Counted from the stretch's first letter, positions 1 to 10,079 are shown. The stretch: 58,756 nucleotides of DNA from Alphaproteobacteria bacterium (GCA_030835745.1 JAUROA010000032.1:1-58756); one strand, 5' to 3'. Translations and numbers: made by a program. The notes: a model not told the origin generated them from the letters alone.

Positions 1-570
1 AGTAGTAAAGATAGTATTATCGATACATTAAAAAGTTCAAGCGAGTTTAGTAGAAATATTTATCTCCTAGTAAAGATTATTAATTCACGTGACAAATCTG
101 TTCAAAATATATTTAGCGATACTGAAAAAGATATTTTTATAGAAGAATTTGTAAGATCAGATGAATTTATAAAGTCAATTAAATCTATTTCTCATACTAT
201 TTCATCCTCTAAACAGCTACTACAAGAATATAAGCAAGATACAAAAGAAATACAACTACAAAAAGAATATAAAAAAGATGAAAAAGAAATTACTAAAAAC
301 GATTCACGAATCAAATTATTATCATTACCTCTTGAAATGAGAACGCAAATCATTCATCACTTACTACCACCAAAAATAGAAACAATATTTACCAATGAAA
401 AAAATCATCTTGTAGCAAATAAATTTGAGTCATTTATTAATATCTTTAAACTAAAAAGCAAAGATATTAATAAACCACATAACCCTAATCCTGGCTCAAT
501 GATTAATCCAGGTTCAAGTGCAGCAAAGCTACTAGAAAGAAGTGCTGAAAAAGGATTTGGTATTATCTAA
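1..570 (+). CDS. 3' part of a larger CDS running off the left edge; hypothetical K/E/S-rich protein with an F-box-like motif near its C-terminus
   Basis: Frame 1 is open from nt 1 to the stop at 568-570, and the tracked ORF 337..570 is only its internal-Met tail. Residues encoded from about 316 read LLSLPLEMRTQIIHHLLPPKIETIF. I recognise no housekeeping family. Confidence 0.55.
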   Translation, partial: SSKDSIIDTLKSSSEFSRNIYLLVKIINSRDKSVQNIFSDTEKDIFIEEFVRSDEFIKSIKSISHTISSSKQLLQEYKQDTKEIQLQKEYKKDEKEITKNDSRIKLLSLPLEMRTQIIHHLLPPKIETIFTNEKNHLVANKFESFINIFKLKSKDINKPHNPNPGSMINPGSSAAKLLERSAEKGFGII

Positions 571-650
571 TATTTTAGATCTTTAAGCAATATGTTAAGA
601 TATTATATCAAGAAGAATTTTTTTGTGCATAAAAATGCAAAAAGGAGTAA

Positions 651-1706
651 CTAGGTGTATTTTTTCTTATATTGCGCGGCAAAATGCTTTACTAATACGC
701 CAATAATAGCAGTTAAAGGTACGGCAATTACAACGCCTATTACCCCTAAAGTGATACCAAAAAAGAATAAGCCAAATATTATCCAAACTGGATGTATACC
801 AATTTTATTACCAATTAATTTAGGGGTAATGAAATTTCCTTCAATAAATTGACCGGTTGCAAAAATAGCGGCGATAATTGAGATATTAATTGGGTCAAAT
901 CCCCATTGAAATAAAGCAACAATGATACCAATAACAACACCAACCAACATGCCAACATAGGGTATAAAAGTAAATAAACCTGTTAAAAATCCTATTAGAA
1001 AGCCAAAATTAAGACCGCTTAAATTCAGTAATATTGCATAAAATAACCCAAGCATTAGGCAGATATTTAATTGGCCACGAATATATTGTGACAAAGTATT
1101 ATCAATATCTTTGAATATTTTTTTAATTGTTTTAGCAGATTTTTTTGGAAGATGGCTTTTTACAGTGTTGATCATTACTTCCCAATCTTTTATTAAATAA
1201 AATACTAATATTGGCGTTAATATTATTAGTGAGAAGGCATTGATTAAAGAAAAAGATGATAATAGTGCTTTATTAAAAAATTCTTTAGAAAAATTAATGA
1301 CTTTTGCTGTTATGTCTTGATCGTAAATAATTTTGCTATAATTTTCACCGTAATTTAGTCCTGTATTTTCAATAAAATTGGTAATTTTGGGATATATATC
1401 ATATTGAAAAATTTTAGCATATGCCGGCAGAGTGCTTATGAGATTTTGTAGCTGGTTATATGCTATTGGAAATATATAGGAGCATAATAAACCAGTTGCT
1501 GTTAAAAATATGGTTAAAATTAGTAATGTTGATAATGTGCGAGATACATTATAATTTTTGCTAAGGTAGTTAACAGGTGGACTAAGTAAATAAGCTAAAA
1601 TTAAAGAAAAAATAAAAGGAGATATTACTGTTCTTACAGTGAATATACCAAGAGATATTGTTGCTAAAATAATAAGTGAAATAAATATTTTATCTCTAAA
1701 TGTCAT
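651..1706 (-). CDS. AI-2E family transporter (PerM/UPF0118-type permease)
   Basis: 351-aa polytopic membrane protein. The N-terminal helices, the central DNTLSQYIRGQ-type segment and the C-terminal hydrophobic block are typical of the AI-2E/PerM family. Confidence 0.8.
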   Translation of the reverse strand: MTFRDKIFISLIILATISLGIFTVRTVISPFIFSLILAYLLSPPVNYLSKNYNVSRTLSTLLILTIFLTATGLLCSYIFPIAYNQLQNLISTLPAYAKIFQYDIYPKITNFIENTGLNYGENYSKIIYDQDITAKVINFSKEFFNKALLSSFSLINAFSLIILTPILVFYLIKDWEVMINTVKSHLPKKSAKTIKKIFKDIDNTLSQYIRGQLNICLMLGLFYAILLNLSGLNFGFLIGFLTGLFTFIPYVGMLVGVVIGIIVALFQWGFDPINISIIAAIFATGQFIEGNFITPKLIGNKIGIHPVWIIFGLFFFGITLGVIGVVIAVPLTAIIGVLVKHFAAQYKKKYT

Positions 1707-1717
1707 TTTGTATTATT

Positions 1718-2854
1718 TTAATTGATTAAGTCCTCTTCTGATGTAGTAACTATTGAGCCAAAAAAATGATTAGGACTTCTTTTGCTAAGATCGACCCCAA
1801 TAGCTTGAAAATTATTTTCAATATCTATGTTATTATCTTTAAGTAATATTTTAAATATAGCTGAATTAGTTGATAAAAGCTTGGTTTGAGAATTTTCAAT
1901 AAAGTTAGCATTTTCTAGTCTATTTTTAATCATAAGCCACTGACCCATATTGCTAATATTAAGGCCAATATAGATATTATTGTCATGAATTTTTGCATCA
2001 TTGTAATTTAGGTTGGCTAGATATTTGGTTGTTTTTTTAGCAACAATATTTATCAGGTTTGAACTATCTAGGGCTTCAGTATTAATAAAGCTGAGCTTTG
2101 TTTGTTTTTTATAAGTATCTTTAATGTAAAAGATGTCGATTAAAGCTTTATTTTTTAAATTATCATATGAGTAAAGCAAAACATAGAATGATTTGATATT
2201 ATATTTATTAGATAGTTTTTTTAGATGATCAAAGTTTTTATTATTAAAAATAATGTTGTAAATTTCATCTTCATCAATGAGAGATATATTTTCAATTGAA
2301 AATTCAGGTATAATAAATTTCTTATTGCCAATGTCATAATTATTGCTGGACATAATTTGATACCAAATATTGTCACTGCCCCATAATTGAACTTTTTTAT
2401 TTTTTAATTGAATTGGTAAAATAATATAAGGATCGGATTTAGCATCTATTTTGAATAGCTTTAGGTTTTTTTCTATGATATATTTATCTATGAAATCTTT
2501 GTCAAATAAAATGTTTAGAGTTGCCCAATATTCATTATCAGCAAATTTTTCATCATTAATTTGTTGCGATCTAATGACTTGCTCAATTTCCTGATCGCTG
2601 AATAATTCATTGGCATCAATATTGAATTTTAGCTGTTGAAGCATTAATATTAAGGCTCTTCTTCTGGCATCATTTAGGGCAACTGATCTTGATAATGTTG
2701 GATTTTCTTCTTGAGCATTTGCAATTATACCAGTTATTTGATATATATTTTGGGCAAGAGAGAAGTTAACTTGTAAAAAAGTCAGAATTATTGTATAAAT
2801 TATTAACAAGCGCATATTAAAATTAGTAATATTTCGCATAAATTTTAATGGCAA
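1718..2854 (-). CDS. Secreted conserved hypothetical protein (DUF2066-like by size, signal peptide and position divergent from purM)
   Basis: The N-terminal signal-like segment LLIIYTIILTFLQVNFSLAQ suggests export. The AI-2E, DUF2066, purM arrangement is a recurrent proteobacterial synteny that I recall from memory. The true start is probably an internal Met. Confidence 0.45.
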   Translation of the reverse strand: MPLKFMRNITNFNMRLLIIYTIILTFLQVNFSLAQNIYQITGIIANAQEENPTLSRSVALNDARRRALILMLQQLKFNIDANELFSDQEIEQVIRSQQINDEKFADNEYWATLNILFDKDFIDKYIIEKNLKLFKIDAKSDPYIILPIQLKNKKVQLWGSDNIWYQIMSSNNYDIGNKKFIIPEFSIENISLIDEDEIYNIIFNNKNFDHLKKLSNKYNIKSFYVLLYSYDNLKNKALIDIFYIKDTYKKQTKLSFINTEALDSSNLINIVAKKTTKYLANLNYNDAKIHDNNIYIGLNISNMGQWLMIKNRLENANFIENSQTKLLSTNSAIFKILLKDNNIDIENNFQAIGVDLSKRSPNHFFGSIVTTSEEDLIN

Positions 2855-3020
2855 ATATAATAAATTAATAATATTAACCTGATATATACAAGTTAAATAA
2901 ATAACACTACATCATTCTATAAATTGTTATTATTGATAGCAAGTTAAATTCGCTTTAAATTAAAAAAATTAGTATTAAACTAGAAATATTGATCAATCCT
3001 AAAAAATTTAGTAAAGTCAA

Positions 3021-4025
3021 ATGTCTAACAATAATCAAGTAAATTATCGAACTGCAGGCGTTGATATTGATGCGGGTAATAAATTTGTTGAAATGATTAA
3101 GCCCTTGGTAAAAAGCACTAATCGCATTGGAGTAGATAATAATTTTGGTGGATTTGGCGCATTATTTGACATTAAAAAATGCAATTTTAGTGATCCGGTT
3201 TTGGTTTCAGCAACTGATGGGGTAGGAACCAAGCTTAAATTAGCAATTTTGGCTGATAAGCATGATACAATAGGAATTGATCTTGTGGCAATGTCGGTCA
3301 ATGATTTAGTAGTGCAGGGCGCGCAGCCATTATTTTTTCTTGATTACTTTTCTTGTTCAAAGCTTGATATAAAAAAGGCAAAAGACATTGTAAAAGGCAT
3401 TGCAGATGGCTGCAAGATGGCAAATTGCGCTTTAATAGGTGGCGAAACTGCTGAAATGCCGGGAATTTATCACAATAAAGATTATGATTTGGCTGGTTTT
3501 GCAGTTGGTGCTGTAGAAAGAGATGAAATATTGCCTAAGGTCACTCAACCAGGCGATGTTATTATAGGAATAAAATCTAGCGGTCTTCATTCTAATGGCT
3601 TTTCATTGGCGCGCTATGTCATTGATAAAAATAATATAAATTATAATTTAAAAGCCTTCGATGATAAGACTATTCTAGAGCATTTATTAACACCAACCAA
3701 AATTTATGTTAAATCTTGTTTAAAATTAATGAAAGACATTAATGTAAAAGCATTTGCTCATATAACAGGAGGTGGAATATATGAAAATATGAGTAGAGTG
3801 GTTGCTAAAAATTTAGAAATTAAGCTAGAAGAAGCGAATTTTAAAAGGCCTGAAATATTTAATTTTTTACAAAAAGAAGGTAATATTTGTAATGACGAAA
3901 TGATAAGAACTTTTAATTGTGGAATTGGTATGGTAGCAATTATTAACAAGCAAGATGTTGATAAGACATGCAAGATTTTGCAAGATTGTGGTGAAGATTG
4001 CTTAGTAATTGGTCAATTAAATTAA
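3021..4025 (+). CDS. purM: Phosphoribosylformylglycinamidine cyclo-ligase (AIR synthetase)
   Basis: YRTAGVDIDAGN at the N-terminus, plus the DGVGTKLK, LVAMSVNDL and GGETAEMPG motifs, and the expected length. Confidence 0.95.
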   Translation: MSNNNQVNYRTAGVDIDAGNKFVEMIKPLVKSTNRIGVDNNFGGFGALFDIKKCNFSDPVLVSATDGVGTKLKLAILADKHDTIGIDLVAMSVNDLVVQGAQPLFFLDYFSCSKLDIKKAKDIVKGIADGCKMANCALIGGETAEMPGIYHNKDYDLAGFAVGAVERDEILPKVTQPGDVIIGIKSSGLHSNGFSLARYVIDKNNINYNLKAFDDKTILEHLLTPTKIYVKSCLKLMKDINVKAFAHITGGGIYENMSRVVAKNLEIKLEEANFKRPEIFNFLQKEGNICNDEMIRTFNCGIGMVAIINKQDVDKTCKILQDCGEDCLVIGQLN

Positions 4026-4030
4026 TTTAT

Positions 4031-4840
4031 ATGGATAGTAAAATTTCAATTCATTTGCAGGATTTTCCAGATTTATCATTCATTGAAAATGATAGTAAAT
4101 TAGAGCAAGATATGGATTTGGTTAGGGTAATATGTTCCACTATTTTATCAATTAGAGATTTAAAAAATCTTAGAGTTAGATTGCCGTTGCAATCTCTGGT
4201 TATTATTGGCAAGAATGCCTCAAGAATAGAATCATATAGCGACATAATAACCGACGAAGTTAATGTTAAATCTCTTTCAAGCGATGATAATATTGACGAA
4301 TTTGCTGATTTAAAGCTGCAAATAAATTTTAAGAAGGTTGGGGCAAAATTTGGCTCAAAAATGAAAAAAATTATTGAAGAAGCCAGGCTCAATAATTTTA
4401 AAATAATATCTAATAATAAAATATCAATTTGCGATATTGAGCTTAAAGACGATGAATTTGACCTTAAATTAATTCCTAAAAAATTCGACTCCAATAAATA
4501 TCACATAGAATCTCTGCCAACTAATGATTACTTAATCAAATTAGATATTGAAGTTACTCAAGATCTTGAGGAAGAGGGAGTTGCTCGTGATTTAGTTAGA
4601 ATTATACAGCAAAATCGTAAAGAGGCAGATTTGGATATATCAGATAGAATAAAATTATCATTTTATGGTGATGAATATTTAACTAAGATAATTACAAAAT
4701 ATCAAAAATATATATGCCAACAGGTTTTGGCTAATGATATTGCAATTTTGCTACAACCTATATCGCAAAATATTATTTTTGAAAATGAAATCAGTAATAA
4801 GTTAATTACTATGTCAATTGCAATAGATAATGAATCTTAA
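4031..4840 (+). pseudogene. ileS: Orphan C-terminal fragment (about 270 aa) of type-2 (eukaryote-like) isoleucyl-tRNA synthetase; gene remnant or stand-alone domain
   Basis: It starts at the SIHLQDFP junction motif. It continues through RxLKNLRVRLPLQ, TDEVNVK and EEGVARDLVRIIQQNRKEADLDISDRI, the C-terminal junction/tRNA-binding region of IleRS. The roughly 800-aa catalytic, editing and anticodon part is absent and purM ends 5 nt upstream. The tracked ORF begins at 3998, but the ATG at 4031 follows the purM stop. Confidence 0.6.
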
Positions 4841-4856
4841 TTAGGATTCTATGATA

Positions 4857-5402
4857 TTATTTTATGTCAGATTTTAGATGGCTAAAAATAAAAACATCAA
4901 CCTTATTTCCAAGATGATATCTATGTTGCCTTAATGTTCCTTCAAGGGTAAAGTTGCATTTCTTCAGTAAAAATTCTGATGCTTTATTGTTGGTGGCAAT
5001 AAAGGCTTCAATGCGATTAATATTAGAGTTAAGGAAAATATATTTAGTTAATTTATTGATTGCTTGAGTCATAATTCCTTTGCCCCAATATTCTTTGGCA
5101 AGATCATAGCTTAATTCTGCTCTTTGGTGGGTATTATTGACATTATTAATACCAATTGATCCAATCATTTTATTATTTTTTTTGGTGGCAATGGCAAAAT
5201 ATATTCCCTTATTATCATAATATAAATTGCGCCAATAATATAATTCTTTTCTTGCATCTTCAATAGAGGTTATAGGGTCGCATAAGATATATTTGTTAAC
5301 ATCTGGGTCGCTAAAATAATAAAAAAAATCATTAAGATCATCTTCCTCTTGCTCTCTTAGAATATAATCATTAATATTTAATATAGGAAAATTATTTATC
5401 AT
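4857..5402 (-). CDS. GNAT family N-acetyltransferase (RimJ/RimL-like)
   Basis: 181 aa. It has the AELSYDLAKEYWGKGIMTQA acetyl-CoA-binding type segment and the RIEAFIATNNKAS and LLKKCNFTLEGTLR motifs typical of RimJ/RimL-type GNATs. Confidence 0.8.
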   Translation of the reverse strand: MINNFPILNINDYILREQEEDDLNDFFYYFSDPDVNKYILCDPITSIEDARKELYYWRNLYYDNKGIYFAIATKKNNKMIGSIGINNVNNTHQRAELSYDLAKEYWGKGIMTQAINKLTKYIFLNSNINRIEAFIATNNKASEFLLKKCNFTLEGTLRQHRYHLGNKVDVFIFSHLKSDIK

Positions 5403-5414
5403 AATTATTATTTT

Positions 5415-5969
5415 ATGGCTTTAAAATATTCACAAATGTTGGAATTAAATTCCAAAATGCCTCAATTTAATTTATTAAATAGTTGTAATAATAAATTTTT
5501 CAACTCTAATTTATTAGCAAATAATAAGGCAAAATTAATAATGGTAATTTGCAATCATTGTCCATATGTTATCCATTATCACAATGTTATTTCTATGGTG
5601 GCTGACCAATATATTGATAAAATTGAAATTATAGCTATAAGCTCAAATGATGTTATAAATTATCCGCAAGATTCAGTTTTGGAAATGGCTAAATTGGCAA
5701 AAAAATTAAATTGGCAATTTCCATATCTTTATGATAAGGATCAAAAATTAGCAAAACAATTAAAAGCTGTTTGCACTCCAGAATTTTATCTTTATAACAA
5801 AAATAATTTATTAATATATAGGGGTCGCATGGATTCTACAACAGCTGAATCAAGTGAAAAGCCAAATGGTAAAGAATTGATTAATGCAATAAAATGTTAT
5901 TTATCAAATAAAGAAATAGAATTTAAACAATATCCATCAATGGGATGCAGTATAAAATGGATTCAATAA
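5415..5969 (+). CDS. Thioredoxin-fold (redoxin/AhpC-TSA-like) protein with a CxxC motif
   Basis: The CNHCPYV motif is followed by a YPQDS segment and PEFYLY, as in thioredoxin-family thiol-disulfide oxidoreductases. Confidence 0.7.
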   Translation: MALKYSQMLELNSKMPQFNLLNSCNNKFFNSNLLANNKAKLIMVICNHCPYVIHYHNVISMVADQYIDKIEIIAISSNDVINYPQDSVLEMAKLAKKLNWQFPYLYDKDQKLAKQLKAVCTPEFYLYNKNNLLIYRGRMDSTTAESSEKPNGKELINAIKCYLSNKEIEFKQYPSMGCSIKWIQ

Positions 5970-6024
5970 AGTTTAATAATATAGCTATATGGCGTTAAAT
6001 GTAATATTTAGGTTAAAATAGTAA

Positions 6025-6762
6025 ATGCGATTTTTTGATGAAGGTATTATTATAAATGTTGTTAATTATCAAGATTCTGCAGCTATTATTAAATTATTAA
6101 CCAAAGATCACGGAATTTGTTGTGGCTTTATCAAAAATGCCAAAACAAAAAAAGCATTAAGTTTATATCAAATTGGCAATCTAATTACATTTGAATATCG
6201 CAATAGAATTGATGATAATTTGGGAAGTTTTTTTAATATTGATTTAAAGCATTCTTATTTAGCTTATATTATGTTTGAACCCCTAAAGCTCGAGATAGTT
6301 AAGCTATTATTATATATATTTGATAAATCCTTACTGGAAAGAGAAGAGCAAAATTTACTATTTTTGCAATTAATTAATTTCTTAGAAGAAATTAATGATA
6401 ATGAGATATCATTTAATGATTTTATTGCATTATATATTAAATTTGAATTAGTAATTCTTGAATCTTTGGGTTATGCTATAGATATGACTTGTTGTGTTGC
6501 AACAAATAGTAGTGCTAATTTGGCCTTTATTTCTCCAAAGTCAGCAAAAGCAGTATCAATTGAAGCGGGAAGGCCTTATGAAGATAAATTATTAAAATTG
6601 CCAAAATTTTTAATTAGCAATATATATCCTTCAAAAATAGATCTTGTTAATGGTTTTAATTTAACAGGATATTTTTTGATTAAGAATATCTTTCTTGAAG
6701 ATAAAATTTTTTATAATTTGAGGCAGAATTTATTAAAAAAAATAGATAATAATGCCGTTTAA
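6025..6762 (+). CDS. recO: DNA repair protein RecO
   Basis: 245 aa. The N-terminal OB-fold-like segment MRFFDEGIIINVVNYQDSAAIIKLLTKDHGI, the central helical region and the C-x2-C-like CCVAT segment match the RecO layout. Confidence 0.75.
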   Translation: MRFFDEGIIINVVNYQDSAAIIKLLTKDHGICCGFIKNAKTKKALSLYQIGNLITFEYRNRIDDNLGSFFNIDLKHSYLAYIMFEPLKLEIVKLLLYIFDKSLLEREEQNLLFLQLINFLEEINDNEISFNDFIALYIKFELVILESLGYAIDMTCCVATNSSANLAFISPKSAKAVSIEAGRPYEDKLLKLPKFLISNIYPSKIDLVNGFNLTGYFLIKNIFLEDKIFYNLRQNLLKKIDNNAV

Positions 6763-6802
6763 TATATAATTTTGTCAAAATTAGAGGCCAACTTTAACTT
6801 AG

Positions 6803-7600
6803 CTAAAATAATAATTTTCCAATTTCATCGATCATATTGAATTTATTATCAATAATAAGGCAAATATATAATGAAAAGCATATTGATGGTGCAAAAGGAA
6901 ATGATTCATCTTTTTTAAGAAATTGCCATAAACTGCCAAATATAAGTCCGGAAATGCCGCTTAACAACATAAATAGTAGAAAGCTATTTAATGTTAAAGC
7001 AAATCCGGCAATGAAAAAAAACTTTAAATCATCAATTCCAATTGCTTCCATAGAAGCTCCATAGTAAAAAAATAGCCATAGTCCCAAACCAAACCCTAAA
7101 TAACAAAAGCCAGATAGTAAGTTATTTGTAATATTAATTTCACCTGTCTGCATTATTATAAATATTGTTATTACTGATATTAAAAGATATTGTGATAGAT
7201 CGGGAATATAATAATGTTCTAGGTCAATTATGCACATATATATTAATATTGATGCTATAATAAAGATCAAAATTAGCTTATAATCTATAATTTGACCAAG
7301 AGAAAAAAAGCTAATATGAAAAAACAGCAAAAAAGCTAGTTCAATTAGAGGGTATCGAATAGATATTTTGCTTTTGCAATTACTACATTTGCCAAATTGT
7401 AAAATCCAAGAAAAGAGAGGAATTAAATTGTAAAATCTAAGCGCTTTATTGCATGAGGGGCATTTAGATCTTGTAAAGATAAAGCCCTGATCCTTATTAA
7501 TGCGATAAGTTAATAAACTAAAAAAACTTCCTATCATCAAAGATAAAATGCTAATTATGATTAATTGTTGATAAAGCTCCAAATCATTTAAAATGTTCAT
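6803..7600 (-). CDS. pilD: Prepilin peptidase / type IV leader peptidase (A24 family, PilD-like)
   Basis: Cys-rich N-terminal box CPSCNKALRFYNLIPLFSWILQFGKCSNCKSKISIRYPLIE, then polytopic helices with the two Asp boxes (IIDLEHYYIPD and GIDDLKFF). Confidence 0.85.
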   Translation of the reverse strand: MNILNDLELYQQLIIISILSLMIGSFFSLLTYRINKDQGFIFTRSKCPSCNKALRFYNLIPLFSWILQFGKCSNCKSKISIRYPLIELAFLLFFHISFFSLGQIIDYKLILIFIIASILIYMCIIDLEHYYIPDLSQYLLISVITIFIIMQTGEINITNNLLSGFCYLGFGLGLWLFFYYGASMEAIGIDDLKFFFIAGFALTLNSFLLFMLLSGISGLIFGSLWQFLKKDESFPFAPSICFSLYICLIIDNKFNMIDEIGKLLF

Positions 7601-7987
7601 AATTATTGATATTTAAGATATAAATTATGCAATTATAATAAAGTTCACTAAAAGTAAAATATGACAAATAGCTTTAACCATAAATAAAAAGCAATTTTAT
7701 TTAGAAATATTGATTTCTGTATCAAAATGGTTTGTAATAATTTAACTTAAATTAGTCTTCAAAGAATTTAATTCATGAATTTAATGATATAATAAACTGG
7801 TTGATGATACTTTTAAACTTATTAAAAATGGCATTAATTTAGAATATGAAGATTAAGATAAAGATAGTTTTATAAAGTAAGTATTGAGTCATAAATATAT
7901 TTGCCTTAAGTAAATTTATTTTTACTACAATTTATGATCAGAAATTTATTGCCTTAAAAGATCTTTCTCTTAATTTATATCAAATGT

Positions 7988-8018
7988 CATCTTTAAAATA
8001 ATTAAAGATTGGTTGCGG
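7988..8018. repeat. Copy of a dispersed short palindromic intergenic repeat (weaker copy)
   Basis: catctttaaaataattaaagattggttgcgg shares the CAT(C/T)TTTAAAA(T/C)AATTAAAGAT(G)G core with the copies at 20893, 26194 and 38519. Confidence 0.35.
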
Positions 8019-8055
8019 TATCTTAGATCATTGTAAAGCAATTTAGCGAGGTTAA

Positions 8056-9000
8056 TTGTCAAATATGGATAAATTATTTTTCTGTAAACTATTAATAATA
8101 TTAATTTTTTTATCGTCCTGCTCAAGAAAGCCAGCTTTAATAGTTGATCGTGGAGATTTTTTCTATAATAAAGCTAATTCTTATCGATTTAGCAAGAGTC
8201 ATGCTTCTTATACCAAGAATAAAACATTTTATATCACAATAAAACAACAAGACACATTATCGCAAATTGCTCAATTTTATGATATGGAATTAACTAAAAT
8301 TGCCAAAGCTAATAATTTGAAAGCGCCATATCGTTTAAAAATTGGTTCAAAATTAAAAATTCCAAAGAAATATACCCACAAAGTAAAAGAAGGTGATACA
8401 TTATTTAAAATATCAAAATTATATAATATTAAACTCACTAGCTTGGCAAAAATGAATAATTTAACTGAGCCATATTTTTTAAAGAAAAATCAAATATTAA
8501 ATATTGACGCCAAAGATAATAATATAGTATCAACTAGCAATAAATCTCGATATCACAAGATCAAAACTGCTAGCAATAGAAAGCTCAATAATTCAAAAAG
8601 AATTAATAAAATATTTACCAGATCAGGTGCTAAATTTTTGTGGCCAATAGACGGAAAAATTGTTTCATCATTTGGTCCAAAAAAAGGAGGTTTATATAAT
8701 GATGGTATAAATATTAAAGCTAAAAATAACCAAATTGTCAAAGCTTCGCAAGATGGGGTAGTGGCATATGTTGGTAATGAATTAAAAGGATATGGCAATC
8801 TTATAATAATAAAGCATTCAGGTGGATGGATAACGGCTTATGCTCACCTTGCTAACACCAATGTTAAAAAAGGATTTGAAGTTAGAAGGGGGCAGAAAAT
8901 TGCTGTTGCTGGAGCTTCTGGCAATGTCGATTTTAATCAATTATATTTTAGCTTAAGAAGGGGAAGAAAAGCAGTTGACCCTCAAAAATATCTTAGATAA
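8056..9000 (+). CDS. LysM-domain M23 metallopeptidase lipoprotein (NlpD-like)
   Basis: Lipobox LSSC. There are two LysM-like repeats (TLSQIAQFYDMELTKIAKANNL and TLFKISKLYNIKLTSLAKMNNL) and a C-terminal M23 core (GINIKA, GYGNLIIIKHSGGWITAYAHL). The tracked start is TTG and an ATG lies 9 nt downstream. Confidence 0.85.
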   Translation: MSNMDKLFFCKLLIILIFLSSCSRKPALIVDRGDFFYNKANSYRFSKSHASYTKNKTFYITIKQQDTLSQIAQFYDMELTKIAKANNLKAPYRLKIGSKLKIPKKYTHKVKEGDTLFKISKLYNIKLTSLAKMNNLTEPYFLKKNQILNIDAKDNNIVSTSNKSRYHKIKTASNRKLNNSKRINKIFTRSGAKFLWPIDGKIVSSFGPKKGGLYNDGINIKAKNNQIVKASQDGVVAYVGNELKGYGNLIIIKHSGGWITAYAHLANTNVKKGFEVRRGQKIAVAGASGNVDFNQLYFSLRRGRKAVDPQKYLR

Positions 9001-9002
9001 TT

Positions 9003-9926
9003 ATGTTTAATTTTTTTAGTAAATCAAAGATTAAAGATGAAAGGACTAAAAATAGTAATATTGTCAATGCAATTGGAAAAATATTTAGTCATAAATCACT
9101 AAATCAAGAAATGCTTGATGATCTTGAGGAGCAGCTCATCATGTGCGATATTAGTCTAGATATTGCTCATGATATCATAATAAAATTATCAAAACAGAAA
9201 TTTGTTAAAAATATCGATATTGAATCTGTTAAAACTTTTTTAGCCAATGAAATTGCCAGTATATTACAGCCATATCAAAAAGAATTAAATTTATCAAGCA
9301 TTAATGGTTTGAAAGTAATTATCTTTAACGGTGTTAATGGCGCTGGAAAGACAACCACTATAGGAAAAATAGCTTTTAATTTAGCAAAAGATAATCATAA
9401 GGTTTTAATGGCGGCATGTGATAGTTTCAGGGCAGCAGCTGTTGAGCAATTGCAAATTTGGAGTAAAAGGGCTAATTGTGAAATAATATTACCCAACAAT
9501 CCTAATGAAGATCCAGCGTCAATAGCTTATAGAGCGGTTAGGGAGGCAAAGGAAAAAAATTACGATATTTTACTTATTGATACTGCTGGTCGCTTACAGA
9601 ATAAAAAAAACTTAATGGATGAGTTGGCCAAAATTAATAGAGTCATCAAGAAAATAGATGAAAATGCTCCGCATGAAAATATATTAGTTATAGATTCTAC
9701 TACCGGACAGAATTCAGCTTTGCAGTTAGAGTCATTTGATAAATTGATAAATATTTCAGGTGTTATTATTACTAAGTTAGATGGTAGTGCCAAAGGAGGC
9801 ATGATATTATCATTATCAAAAAAATTTCAAAAGCCAATCTATGCTATAGGGGTTGGAGAAAAAATTACTGATTTATGCGAGTTTAATGCGCAAAATTTTG
9901 CCAATTCATTATTGTCATTAGATTAA
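9003..9926 (+). CDS. ftsY: Signal recognition particle receptor FtsY
   Basis: NG domain motifs GVNGAGKTTTIGK, DTAGRL, TKLDGSAKGG and IGVGEKITDL. Confidence 0.92.
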   Translation: MFNFFSKSKIKDERTKNSNIVNAIGKIFSHKSLNQEMLDDLEEQLIMCDISLDIAHDIIIKLSKQKFVKNIDIESVKTFLANEIASILQPYQKELNLSSINGLKVIIFNGVNGAGKTTTIGKIAFNLAKDNHKVLMAACDSFRAAAVEQLQIWSKRANCEIILPNNPNEDPASIAYRAVREAKEKNYDILLIDTAGRLQNKKNLMDELAKINRVIKKIDENAPHENILVIDSTTGQNSALQLESFDKLINISGVIITKLDGSAKGGMILSLSKKFQKPIYAIGVGEKITDLCEFNAQNFANSLLSLD

Positions 9927-10079
9927 TCCCACAAGAATCTTTAACTAAATTTTTTAATAGTTTTAAAGATAGCTTTTGCTGTAACACTATTTTTATCCAT
10001 AAGCACTTAATTTATGAAAATATTATAAGAAGCAATTCAATATTTTGTAAATATTATCTGTGCTATTTTAAAACAAAAT

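Noticed and set aside
3044-4494. Antisense ORFs inside purM and the ileS fragment (3044..3301, 3758..3973, 4051..4494)
   Set aside because: They overlap well-supported sense-strand genes and have no motifs.
7601-8055. 455-bp non-coding gap (and other long spacers at 34490..35011, 38464..38780 and 53082..53386) as possible tRNA, ncRNA or CRISPR loci
   Set aside because: By-eye scanning found no tRNA-like T-arm/acceptor pattern, no regularly spaced direct repeats and no conserved SRP, tmRNA or RNase P motifs. I cannot exclude a small RNA without a covariance-model scan.
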